From: an uncultured virus (IMG/VR IMGVR_UViG_3300008113_000043)
Taxonomy: Duplodnaviria; Heunggongvirae; Uroviricota; Caudoviricetes
Reading direction: 5' to 3' (one strand)
Length of the DNA: 64,000 nt
Virus record (IMG/VR): IMGVR_UViG_3300008113_000043
The position numbers and the translations under genes were made by a program. Each line of letters starts with the position of its first letter. The stretch's first letter is position 1. The notes under the pieces are model-generated. The model saw only the letters and a program-made list of their open reading frames with translations. It did not search any database and was not told the DNA's origin. This document shows positions 1 through 9,169 of the stretch, piece by piece.

Positions 1-53
1 AGACTTCTTTCTTGATTTAAGAAGTCTTGTGTAGTCTTATTCCACTGAGCCAT
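1..53 (-). CDS. Hypothetical phage protein, 5' end only (MAQWNKTTQDFLNQERS...), runs off the window
   Basis: ATG at 53-51, 2 nt after the stop of the upstream ORF; frame stays open to the window edge. Confidence 0.6.
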   Translation of the reverse strand, partial: MAQWNKTTQDFLNQERS

Positions 54-55
54 TA

Positions 56-376
56 TTAATCAATCCATTCTAATTTTGAAGGGTGATATCTTTTTGTATT
101 TTTAATGTTGAAATTCTTTTCCTCTGCAGGATAAATTTGGTGAACAATTGCACCAGGGTATTGTCTCTGAAGTTGTTCGCCAAGTTCTTGTTTAGAGGGT
201 AAACCTGATTTAGTAACTAATTCTAGTCTATACAGATTTCCCTGCCACATAACATCTGCAACATAACTTTCCCCAACCTGTTGAGGTTCTTCTGGTTGAG
301 AATTGATATAGAGATTTCCGTTAAAATCTCCTGAGATGTTTACTGATTCAGATATAAATTGTCTGAATGATTTCAT
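56..376 (-). CDS. Putative internal head protein with T4-type capsid-targeting sequence
   Basis: N-terminus MKSFRQFISE resembles the T4 internal-protein CTS (MKTYQEFIAE); lies just downstream of the portal gene. Confidence 0.6.
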   Translation of the reverse strand: MKSFRQFISESVNISGDFNGNLYINSQPEEPQQVGESYVADVMWQGNLYRLELVTKSGLPSKQELGEQLQRQYPGAIVHQIYPAEEKNFNIKNTKRYHPSKLEWID

Positions 377-535
377 TTATTCTTCCTCGGATTGATCCCC
401 AAATAACGAAGATCCAACACTAGGTCTTAGTGCTTCAATTTTTTCAGCAGACTTTGTAAAAAGAATATCTTTAATCTTATCACTAATTTGTGATGGCGAT
501 TCATCAGTGATAATCATATCTAAGAGGTCATCCAT
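377..535 (-). CDS. Small acidic protein (52 aa, MDDLLDMIITDESPSQISDKIKDILF...), possibly prohead-core associated; not in the ORF track
   Basis: Hand-translated; ATG 535-533, TAA 379-377 abutting the next ATG; follows a GATAAATA late promoter; occupies the position of T4 g67. Confidence 0.7.
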   Translation of the reverse strand: MDDLLDMIITDESPSQISDKIKDILFTKSAEKIEALRPSVGSSLFGDQSEEE

Positions 536-560
536 TGATTTAATTAAGTAAATTATAATT

Positions 561-568
561 TATTTATC
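561..568 (-). promoter_or_regulatory. T4-type late promoter (GATAAATA)
   Basis: NATAAATA on the minus strand overlapping the portal stop codon. Confidence 0.6.
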
Positions 569-1961
569 AAACTTCAGTAAGTCTTTCGGTCATCAATTCT
601 GCTTCTTTTAATTCGGAGAAGTGATTGTCATATAAGAAATCATATTGAATATGTTCTCTCATAATGTCCCAATCTTCTGGGGTAATGATATTCTTAAGAA
701 TTAATTGTGTCTTAAGCATATCATTGAAAAGATTAGAGAATCTTTTTCTCAATCTTCCGACAAATTTGGTAAATTTAAGTTCATCTCTAAGAATTTCTGA
801 CGAACGACCAAGATTAAATCCACCTTCACCCTCCATTCTTGATGGGGGAACATTTAATGATCTATAAAGTTTACTTTGGAAATATTTAATATCAGTAATT
901 TCACCTAAATTTTGTCCACCAGGAAGGGTAGTGATTTCTGTTCCTCTACCACCTTCTCTACGTGGTAACCAGAAATCTTCAAGCATACTCATGAATTTTT
1001 TGTCATCACGAATTTCGCCTGTTCCTGCATCATAAACTAATTTGTTACGATAACGCATCATAACATCGCGGAGATATTGCTCTGCTTTGATTTTTGGTAG
1101 ATTACCAACGTCAATGTAAAAAATTCTACGTTCTGGTGCGCGTGATAGTCTATAAATGACAAGACTATCCTCAATCATGCGAAGTTGATTGAGAGACTTG
1201 ATTGCTTTATGTAAGTATGATAATGTAGTTCCTTTATTCCTATCTACTAAACCTGAAGTACAGTATGTTACTGCATCTTTAGCAATTTTAACACCACCAT
1301 TAGATTGTGATGATGATCTATTAGTAACTCCTGTTGATTGTGATGATGGATTATAAATGAAATATTCTTCTATTTCTGGAAATTCATAATCCATTGGATT
1401 TTCACTTGACGCATTTAGATTTCTTTCGCGTAGTGATTTTCCACTTTTATTAACTGATTGCCTAACATAACGCATTTTTAATGCGTCAATATATCTTAAT
1501 TCTTGAATTCCTTCTTGTGGTTTTTTTAAATCTATAACTTTATGATAATATAATCTACCATCAACATACCAGTTTCTGTAAATTTCATGGCATTTTTTAT
1601 CAAAATCTAATAATTCTAAAATATGTTTGAATTCTTCTCTTATTTTTTTCTTAATTCCGTCGCTAGCGTTTAAATTTGATAGTTCAATTTGTACAGGACT
1701 ATCGTTTGTATCACTTACAATTGCTTCGTTTACAATATCTTCAATGGCACTATCACATTCTGGATGAAGTGCCATTTCACGATATCTTTTAATTAAATCA
1801 TATTCTGTTCTATATACACCTTCAATATCTACGTAAGACCCAAAAAATCCACTAGTTAAATAGTGGTCAACCCCGTCCTCATTATTTTGAGGAACGGGGG
1901 AAACTGTAGTTGGTGTTGTTTTTTGCTTATCGTCAATAGAGAATCCAAATAATTTTGCCAT
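567..1961 (-). CDS. g20: Portal vertex protein gp20 (C-terminus appears shortened)
   Basis: Motifs YRLSRAPERRIFYIDVGNLP, EDFWLPRREGGRGTEITTLPGG, RDELKFTKFV; synteny after g19. Confidence 0.97.
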   Translation of the reverse strand: MAKLFGFSIDDKQKTTPTTVSPVPQNNEDGVDHYLTSGFFGSYVDIEGVYRTEYDLIKRYREMALHPECDSAIEDIVNEAIVSDTNDSPVQIELSNLNASDGIKKKIREEFKHILELLDFDKKCHEIYRNWYVDGRLYYHKVIDLKKPQEGIQELRYIDALKMRYVRQSVNKSGKSLRERNLNASSENPMDYEFPEIEEYFIYNPSSQSTGVTNRSSSQSNGGVKIAKDAVTYCTSGLVDRNKGTTLSYLHKAIKSLNQLRMIEDSLVIYRLSRAPERRIFYIDVGNLPKIKAEQYLRDVMMRYRNKLVYDAGTGEIRDDKKFMSMLEDFWLPRREGGRGTEITTLPGGQNLGEITDIKYFQSKLYRSLNVPPSRMEGEGGFNLGRSSEILRDELKFTKFVGRLRKRFSNLFNDMLKTQLILKNIITPEDWDIMREHIQYDFLYDNHFSELKEAELMTERLTEV

Positions 1962-1987
1962 TATTAAAGTGTTCTAGATTTATGTAC

Positions 1988-1995
1988 TATTTATT
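1988..1995 (-). promoter_or_regulatory. T4-type late promoter (AATAAATA) upstream of g20
   Basis: Motif at the end of g19, about 27 nt before the g20 ATG. Confidence 0.6.
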
Positions 1996-2599
1996 ATACA
2001 ATTTCAGTTGTGTTTTGATCACCAGTAGTACCAGCAGACCACCACTGAACCTGGAACTCTACAGTAAATTCTTCAATAGTATCTGAAGTATCATATGACA
2101 ATTCAATTTGTGATACATTAGTTGGGAAAATATCGTAGAACTTATAAACTCTCAGGGGATTGTTTGATGATGCACTTGTATTTGTGGTTGATTCTCTTTG
2201 TTGTCCTCTTCCGAGTTGATAAACATAAGCATCAACCATATATGATGCTGGGTTAGTTGCACCAGTGCCATTATTTAATTTGTTGATTTGGTTCATCCAC
2301 TGTTCAAATTTTGTTCTCAATTGGAAATCTTCATCATTAATAACAGTTACTGTCCAAGTATCAAAGGTTCTGTCACCAGCAACCTTAAGAATACGTCCTC
2401 TAAATGGTACATCAATTGGTGCAACATTTGATGCTGGTAAAGCAGCAGCTTTACACAGGAAATTAAACTTCTCATCATTCCAACCATTAACAAATGATGG
2501 GAATGATGGAATAGAGACCTCAAATAGATTAGGTCTTGCTGCACCACCAACAAGTTGAGATTTGAAATCGGTGATTGTTCTAATGTTTCTCGCTGTCAT
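1994..2599 (-). CDS. g19: Tail tube protein gp19
   Basis: GGAARPNLFEV, FRGRILKVAGDRTFDTWTVTVINDEDF, IEEFTVEFQVQWW; follows the sheath gene. Confidence 0.95.
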   Translation of the reverse strand: MTARNIRTITDFKSQLVGGAARPNLFEVSIPSFPSFVNGWNDEKFNFLCKAAALPASNVAPIDVPFRGRILKVAGDRTFDTWTVTVINDEDFQLRTKFEQWMNQINKLNNGTGATNPASYMVDAYVYQLGRGQQRESTTNTSASSNNPLRVYKFYDIFPTNVSQIELSYDTSDTIEEFTVEFQVQWWSAGTTGDQNTTEIV

Positions 2600-2632
2600 T
2601 TTAGGTTCCTCCTTTTGGTGTTAATTAAATAA

Positions 2633-5371
2633 TCAAACTCTTCCAGCGACTTCTTCAAAGCTAACACCTGTTCGTGTAGCAACAAATGTAAGAGTAATGT
2701 AGTTAATTGATTTGGCAGGCTTCAGGTAAATGTCTGCTCTAAATTCATTATTATCAATAACATCAGGAGTATTATTTGTCTCATCACAAACTACGAGATA
2801 ATCATAAACACCTCTCTTCGCTTGAATATCACGGAGATATGGTTCAACAATGTTTACAAAGTTTGCTCTAGTTAACTGGTCGTTGAACTCAAACAGTTGA
2901 GATTGTGCTGCTTTTTCTAAAGATTGTTCAATAGTTAAGAACAATCTACGAACGTTAATTCTATCAAAAGCAGATTGATATGCAAGAGCGGTCTTATCTC
3001 CAAATAGGATTATTCCACCACCTGGTTGATTAATAATACTATTAACTCTTGCAGGATATAGTCTATCTCTTTGTGCTTTATTTGGATTATATGCCAATTT
3101 AATTGCATTTAAGATATTTCCTCTCTGTTGACCAGCAGGAGAATACCATGGATATGCAACAATATTGGTTCTGCACATTAAACCTGCAACATCAGCATTA
3201 CATGGAATGTATCTGAAGAGGTTATTAAATCTATCATAAGTATACTTATATCCACTATCAAAAACAGCATATGATGAAGATGTTAGTGCAGTAAAGAATT
3301 CAATGATATTTTCAGTTTGAGTGTTTGAATTTGTAATATCAACAACACTTCCTCTGTGTGGAGAAATTACTGCAACACAATCTTTTCTTGCTTCAGCAAT
3401 AGCAATTATATTATTTGCCTTTGCTTGAGATGATGCTACATCATCTAATCCAGGACCATTAATTAAGTAATCAACTGCAACCTCATCTCTGTTATCGAAT
3501 AATCTATATGAGGATTGTAAGTTTCCTAACGTTGCTTTAAAACCACCACTGAGACTGTAATCAATACCACCAGTTAAGTTATATGTTACAGGTCCAACAG
3601 CAGAATAAACTGTATCCTGCGCTTCTTGATCCCACAGTCCATTTGCTAAACTTAATGTTGAAAAATCATTTGAGAAACCAGTTGCCTGAGGGAATGTAAA
3701 GTGGAATAAATCGTTTGCTTCTGATGGGTTTGATCCAGCGTAAATGTACTTGGAATAATTTGCCAAGTAATTCTTATACCAAATTTTTTGAGGTGAGTTT
3801 ACACTAGATACTGCATCTGATGCCTTGGAAAGATTAACGTGCTTTTCAAGGATATTGCCTTGAATTCCAGTAACGTCTCCAGTATCATCAACTAAAACAA
3901 TATGTAATGCATCATTCTTACCGTTTCTTTCAGATACATATTGATTTGTAGTTGGTTTTGGAGCAATAGACTTCCAATATATAATTGAATTATCTAATCC
4001 TAAAGTTTGCTCTCCGTACCAATCATTAACATCAATAACTTCAACTCTTGCTGAAGATTCTGTTACTGTCAGGATAACTTTATCATCTCTTAAAGCATTT
4101 ACCGTTAATACTAAGTTGTTTGCTGGGGTTGAACCACCAATCGATGTACCAGCGATACTTACTGTAGTACCAACACCATATGCTCCACCAGCATCAACAA
4201 TAGTTACGGTGCTAATTCCACCAACACCATCTCTAAAGATAGTAAATAATGCACCAGTTCCGAGAGTGCTTATACCAGATACTGAACTATAAGTTGTGTT
4301 TGCTTGTGCAAGAAGAGTAGATGCTGCACCTACAGCAACAGTCTTAATAGCACCATCACCTAAATTAAATCCACCAACAGAGGATCCTGGAATTGTAATT
4401 TGTCCACCAACAGTATATCCCAAACCTGGATTAATTACTGTAGCACTTTGAACTCCACCATTAGTACTATTTCTAGTGATTGTAAATGTTGCACCAGATC
4501 CACTTGCTGAAGTTCCAGCAACACCGATGTAAACTTGATCTTGCTCACCATCAATAGCACTAAAAGTTGTTACTCCAACTAATCCGATAGAATCTTGTGG
4601 AGAAACTAAAGTTCCAGAATTGTTTATAACATTAATTCTATTTCCTGGAAGGAATGATGCAAATTGATTGTTTTCTGCATAATCAATTGGATACTCAGTT
4701 CCCGCAGCAGAAACTCTAGAAATAATCTTTACACTAACATCAGTTTTATTTGCTGCTAATGATCTTGGATTAATTTCAGTAATAATTCCCTTTAAATAAC
4801 CATTGAATACTTCTGTAGTTCCTGTTCCTGGAATTACTCTACCAGAAATATCAAAAGTTACTCCCAAACCAACATCAAAACCTAATGGGGTAACGTTGGT
4901 TGTTCCAATGCCAAGAATTTGGTCTGCTAAATCATCAATAATACAAACTTTTAAATTATTCGCCCAGGTTCCAGGATCTTTTACTGAGAAGTAAAAATCT
5001 GGCGATGTTGTAGAATAATTTGTTAAATAATCATCAAAGTTTTTAATTTTAACGCTAATTGAAGAAGCACCAACACCAACGTTCGCATTTTTTAGTGTTG
5101 GACCATCGGTTCTAACTACCTTTAAAACACCACCATATGATAAGTATGAAGATGCACTCATCCAATACTCATACTGATTATCAGTAGATGTTGGGGTTCC
5201 AAATACAGTTAATAGTTCTTGCTCTGTTGTAATGTCGGTTGGTTCATCAACTGGACCACTTTTGAAAGGACCTGCAATGGCACCAATATTATCTAATACG
5301 TTTTCAGCTCTCCCGACAGTTAAATCAACTTCCCTGACTAGTACACCAGGAGATAATTGAGGAGTCGCCAT
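2633..5371 (-). CDS. g18: Contractile tail sheath protein gp18 with internal insertion
   Basis: LSPGVLVREVDLT N-terminus; WYSPAG, FDRINVRRLF, IYLKPAKSINYITLTFVATRTGVSFEE C-terminus. Confidence 0.97.
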   Translation of the reverse strand: MATPQLSPGVLVREVDLTVGRAENVLDNIGAIAGPFKSGPVDEPTDITTEQELLTVFGTPTSTDNQYEYWMSASSYLSYGGVLKVVRTDGPTLKNANVGVGASSISVKIKNFDDYLTNYSTTSPDFYFSVKDPGTWANNLKVCIIDDLADQILGIGTTNVTPLGFDVGLGVTFDISGRVIPGTGTTEVFNGYLKGIITEINPRSLAANKTDVSVKIISRVSAAGTEYPIDYAENNQFASFLPGNRINVINNSGTLVSPQDSIGLVGVTTFSAIDGEQDQVYIGVAGTSASGSGATFTITRNSTNGGVQSATVINPGLGYTVGGQITIPGSSVGGFNLGDGAIKTVAVGAASTLLAQANTTYSSVSGISTLGTGALFTIFRDGVGGISTVTIVDAGGAYGVGTTVSIAGTSIGGSTPANNLVLTVNALRDDKVILTVTESSARVEVIDVNDWYGEQTLGLDNSIIYWKSIAPKPTTNQYVSERNGKNDALHIVLVDDTGDVTGIQGNILEKHVNLSKASDAVSSVNSPQKIWYKNYLANYSKYIYAGSNPSEANDLFHFTFPQATGFSNDFSTLSLANGLWDQEAQDTVYSAVGPVTYNLTGGIDYSLSGGFKATLGNLQSSYRLFDNRDEVAVDYLINGPGLDDVASSQAKANNIIAIAEARKDCVAVISPHRGSVVDITNSNTQTENIIEFFTALTSSSYAVFDSGYKYTYDRFNNLFRYIPCNADVAGLMCRTNIVAYPWYSPAGQQRGNILNAIKLAYNPNKAQRDRLYPARVNSIINQPGGGIILFGDKTALAYQSAFDRINVRRLFLTIEQSLEKAAQSQLFEFNDQLTRANFVNIVEPYLRDIQAKRGVYDYLVVCDETNNTPDVIDNNEFRADIYLKPAKSINYITLTFVATRTGVSFEEVAGRV

Positions 5372-5408
5372 GTTTTTCTCCTAAAGTTCTCAGATTTGCT
5401 CTAAAAAA

Positions 5409-5416
5409 TATTTATT
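5409..5416 (-). promoter_or_regulatory. T4-type late promoter (AATAAATA) for g18, followed by an AGGAG ribosome-binding site
   Basis: Minus strand reads AATAAATA...TTTAGGAGAAAAAC ATG. Confidence 0.65.
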
Positions 5417-5454
5417 AAAAAAACACTTTACGCAGGGGAAACGTGACGTGAACA

Positions 5455-5679
5455 CTACCAATCAGGATATTCCCATAAAATATTGTCTTGATTTCTAGAT
5501 TTTAAAATTCTTTTTACTGTGCAACTTTTACATTCGTATGAATATGATGAAGATACTGGTCCTCTATCTTTTCTAGTTTGATAAAATCCATCAATTAAAT
5601 TTTTAATTTCTTTACAAACTCTACATTTTCTATCTACTAATAATAAATGACCGTATTTAATTTGATCATCTATATCCAT
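5455..5679 (-). CDS. Small CxxC...CxxC zinc-finger protein
   Basis: CRVC and CKSC motifs; likely start ATG 5679-5677 overlapping the g17 stop (TAATG coupling). Confidence 0.75.
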   Translation of the reverse strand: MDIDDQIKYGHLLLVDRKCRVCKEIKNLIDGFYQTRKDRGPVSSSYSYECKSCTVKRILKSRNQDNILWEYPDW

Positions 5680-7325
5680 TATTGATATTCCCACATGTAT
5701 GACATATCTCCATATTCATCTGTAAACCATCTATCTCCAGTGTTATCTACGAATGAAGACTGATCATTTATTCCATCAACAATAAATCCAAATGGTGCCA
5801 TATCTTGCATAATTTCATTTTCTTTTTCTTCATATAATTTTTTCCTTACGTCTTGATCGGTTAATTCTTTAAAATAATCCTGAACAACTAACCAAGCATA
5901 TATTACAAGACACATTGCAAGATCGTCGTTACAACCATCTTCTGCTTCAAACGAATTGGATTTCTGAATAAATGTTGTCAATTCACTAATAATATCATAA
6001 TCGGTAAATATTAATTTGTCCTCCTCTATCATGGTTTTTAAATTAAAACATCCAACTTTTTTAACTGTTTTGGACATTTTAACTCCTAATTGAGTTTTCT
6101 TTCCAGAAAATCCTTGACCAACAATTTGTCCTGCTCTACCTCGCATAGAACACATTAAAACATTTTGATATTCTAAATCGTAATGTAAAATTGATGCTAC
6201 TTGATCACCAACATCATTAACTTCACATAAAACATAAGCATCGTTATAACTTTTCGCAACCTCATGTACAATGCTTGGAAAAATCATTGGTTTTATTTGA
6301 TTATCTCTATATTTTGCTACAACTTTATGTGGAAATTGTGTTATGTCTACTACCACAAATGCAGAATAGTCATTACCAACACCTCTAGCAACATCAACAG
6401 AAATAGCATAATTATGATCATCCTTTACATCTTCAAAAACATCTAGTCCACCACTACGTAATTTTGGAGTTTCATAGACTAAATTTCTTAATTTATTTGG
6501 TGATATTAATGTATCAACAGATCCTAAAAATTCGCATTCAAATTCAACTTTAAACTGTTGCTCACTTGTGTTTGCAATAGTTTGTTCTTTCCACTTTTCA
6601 TCTCTACCTGGTACTTCACTCCAGTGAACTTCAGTTGGAATATATTCATTTTTCTTTCTTTCTGCATCATGCCAAATTTTATAAAAATGATTCATCCCGT
6701 GAGGGGTAGAAACAATAATTACCTTAGTATTTTTACCAGATGAAATAGTAGGATAAACAGAACTGAAAAACTGATCAGCAATGTGGTTAGGAATAAACGC
6801 AAATTCGTCCAGGAATATAATATTATAAGAGCCACCGCGTACCGCAGAGGCGCTAGTAGAAGCAGCAATAATTTTTGAACCATTTTCTAACTCCAGTGAT
6901 GCTTTGTTCCAAGTCATTACACCTTGTTGTAACCACTTGGGTAAGTTTTCGTATGCCGTTTGAAGACGATCTAGAAGATCTTTAGCAGTAGATGCTTTGT
7001 TAGCAAGAATTGCAATATTAACGTTATCATTAAATATTGCGTAATGTAAAAGATACGAAACAACGATTGTAGATTTTCCAGACTGTCTAGGTAATTTGCA
7101 AACATTAAATCTATGATGATGAAACCTTTCAATCATGGTTTCTTGGAATTTATATGGTTTAAACGGTTGTAAACCATAATCCAAAGTTACAATTTGAATA
7201 TAATTTTTTGCAAAATAAATTGGATCGTCTTGACAACGATCAAATTCTATAATTTGTTCTTGTGTAAATTCAATAGCGGTATTTGCTTTTTTTAAAAGCG
7301 GATTACCTAGATAATGTTCTGCCAT
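5679..7325 (-). CDS. g17: Terminase large subunit gp17
   Basis: Walker A RQSGKS, Walker B IIFLDEFAF, VSTPHG motif, nuclease motifs VDVARG and NDDLAM. Confidence 0.98.
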   Translation of the reverse strand: MAEHYLGNPLLKKANTAIEFTQEQIIEFDRCQDDPIYFAKNYIQIVTLDYGLQPFKPYKFQETMIERFHHHRFNVCKLPRQSGKSTIVVSYLLHYAIFNDNVNIAILANKASTAKDLLDRLQTAYENLPKWLQQGVMTWNKASLELENGSKIIAASTSASAVRGGSYNIIFLDEFAFIPNHIADQFFSSVYPTISSGKNTKVIIVSTPHGMNHFYKIWHDAERKKNEYIPTEVHWSEVPGRDEKWKEQTIANTSEQQFKVEFECEFLGSVDTLISPNKLRNLVYETPKLRSGGLDVFEDVKDDHNYAISVDVARGVGNDYSAFVVVDITQFPHKVVAKYRDNQIKPMIFPSIVHEVAKSYNDAYVLCEVNDVGDQVASILHYDLEYQNVLMCSMRGRAGQIVGQGFSGKKTQLGVKMSKTVKKVGCFNLKTMIEEDKLIFTDYDIISELTTFIQKSNSFEAEDGCNDDLAMCLVIYAWLVVQDYFKELTDQDVRKKLYEEKENEIMQDMAPFGFIVDGINDQSSFVDNTGDRWFTDEYGDMSYMWEYQ

Positions 7326-7340
7326 AAAAATAAATTTAAA

Positions 7341-7595
7341 TTACCACTTTACTTTATCTGCCCAATAAGCAGCAGACATTTTTCCTTTATTGATATTTTT
7401 TTGATGTCTTGCTTTAAATCTTTTACGTCTGTTTGCATATTCTTCACTTTCACCTTTCTTTTTTGGTGATCCTTTAACGCCCTTTTGCCCAAAACGTATA
7501 ATTTTTTCTTCTCCATTTTCACATGCCTTTACAATATGCGACTTACCAGTTTCACCTGAACCATGAGACTGTGCTTTTGGTTTATTGCAAGGCAT
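7341..7595 (-). CDS. Basic hypothetical protein (84 aa); possibly a -1 frameshift extension of 7607..9124
   Basis: Lys-rich ORF ending SAAYWADKVKW; its frame is open back through the A-run at 7610-7616. Confidence 0.7.
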   Translation of the reverse strand: MPCNKPKAQSHGSGETGKSHIVKACENGEEKIIRFGQKGVKGSPKKKGESEEYANRRKRFKARHQKNINKGKMSAAYWADKVKW

Positions 7596-7606
7596 TTCTT
7601 TTTTAT

Positions 7607-9124
7607 TTACTTTTTTCCCTCTGATATTTCAACCTCTTCTCCAATATTTCCGTTATTTAATAGATAGTTTTTTGACTTTGAATTCTGAACCTGTAAAATA
7701 GGCGCTCCATCTTGTCTTAAATCTGTTATATTTGATTGTAATACTTTTGCTCCAGGGTATAGTTTTTGTAGTTCAAACTCAACTTCTTTTCTGGAAGGCA
7801 TTTTTACTTGAGGGAAGAACATTTTCAATGAATATGATTTTCCTCTCCAAGTAAACAAAATTGCCATCAATTGACCATTTTGTGATGGTAATCTTACTGC
7901 TTCATCTACCTTATTTTTTTGTTTGATTAACTGATTTGCAAGATCATTCGCTCTTCTCTGCTGTCCTCTATAAAGTTTTTGCCTTGCATCAGAACTTGCT
8001 TGTGCAGTATCACGGTCAGCAACTGTTTTTATAGTTTTATTAATTTTATTTGCTCTTTTACGATCAGCAGGGTTTTGTGATTGACTTAAACGTTTTGCTT
8101 TGTTGGTTGCTTTTTCTTCACCAGTCTTTCCAGGATATCTAAAGTCTCCTGCTTGACGAGTGACTGGAATTTTTTTCTCATCAATAACATCTTGTGGTTT
8201 AATTAAATCTATAAATTCAACAAATGTATTACCAAACATATCTTCAACAGTTACACTTTCATTTTTAGTAGATTTTTTTTCTACTTTTTTTAATTTTGAA
8301 TAGTAATCTGGTACTTCATCTAAATGTTGGAGAGCAGTAATTCTTGCTGCAGTTTTATTTGAGGTATGTTCTCCTTCAACTTTAATACCCATTTCAAGTT
8401 GTTTGTTTATTGCTTCAAGAGAAACTCCATGTTTTTTAGCAATTTCTTTGGGTGACTTGTATGGTTGTGTTGGACCTTTAGGATCTCTTTCTTCCTTCAT
8501 GGAACAATCGTTCATACCATGAACTGGGCATGAAGAACCTTTTTTAGTATGATTGCAAGTTTTACCCTCTGAGGCAACTTTTTTACCTATACCAACTTCG
8601 GTTGGTTTTTTACTTTGACCTGGAACATCAAATCCAGAAGGAAGTGGTTTACATACCTTATCAGTATTGCACCAATACATTCCTTCACCACATTTCTCTT
8701 CGCCAAGAATTTTTTCTACTAAAGAAATATTTTCTCCAAATAATTTTGGACCTGATGTTTTTCTTTCTGCTGCTTGCCTTTCTCCTTCAGTTGAACCCTT
8801 TTGAGCAAGGTTTCTTATTTTTGCTGCTCTTGCATCCTTCCTAAGTTTTTTAGGATCTACAGTAAAACTAACTCCCTCATCAACACCTTCATCACTCTGA
8901 AGATATTCTGCTGCGGTATCAATATAATCTGCTGCTTTAGTAATTTTTGATTGTACCCATGCAGGTAATTGGGTATCACTACTTTTAATTACTTTTCTTA
9001 AATTCTTGATTTGTCTTTCAATAGTATCAAGTTCATTTCTTGCCATATAACCTTCATCATCTTTCTTTTTACCACTTGATATTTCTTTGTGGTCTTCAGA
9101 TATTCTTTTCATTTTTACTGACAC
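7607..9124 (-). CDS. Multi-module charged protein, putative head-associated polyprotein
   Basis: Modules separated by hydrophobic-x-E junctions; includes a GIKVEGEHT...ALQHLDEVPDYYSKL module and a WRGKSY...YPGA module; preceded by TATAAATA. Confidence 0.7.
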   Translation of the reverse strand: MSVKMKRISEDHKEISSGKKKDDEGYMARNELDTIERQIKNLRKVIKSSDTQLPAWVQSKITKAADYIDTAAEYLQSDEGVDEGVSFTVDPKKLRKDARAAKIRNLAQKGSTEGERQAAERKTSGPKLFGENISLVEKILGEEKCGEGMYWCNTDKVCKPLPSGFDVPGQSKKPTEVGIGKKVASEGKTCNHTKKGSSCPVHGMNDCSMKEERDPKGPTQPYKSPKEIAKKHGVSLEAINKQLEMGIKVEGEHTSNKTAARITALQHLDEVPDYYSKLKKVEKKSTKNESVTVEDMFGNTFVEFIDLIKPQDVIDEKKIPVTRQAGDFRYPGKTGEEKATNKAKRLSQSQNPADRKRANKINKTIKTVADRDTAQASSDARQKLYRGQQRRANDLANQLIKQKNKVDEAVRLPSQNGQLMAILFTWRGKSYSLKMFFPQVKMPSRKEVEFELQKLYPGAKVLQSNITDLRQDGAPILQVQNSKSKNYLLNNGNIGEEVEISEGKK

Positions 9125-9131
9125 TTTTTTT

Positions 9132-9139
9132 TATTTATA
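9132..9139 (-). promoter_or_regulatory. T4 late promoter TATAAATA
   Basis: Perfect consensus immediately after the terminator U-tract. Confidence 0.75.
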
Positions 9140-9165
9140 AAAAAAGGAGGTTATTTACCTCCTTT
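9139..9165 (-). terminator. Rho-independent terminator after the fibre operon
   Basis: Minus strand AAAGGAGGT-AAATA-ACCTCCTTT followed by a T-run. Confidence 0.85.
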
Positions 9166-9169
9166 ATGA

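Noticed and set aside
5679..7325. Intron or intein in the terminase
   Set aside because: Continuous ORF of normal length with all motifs in order
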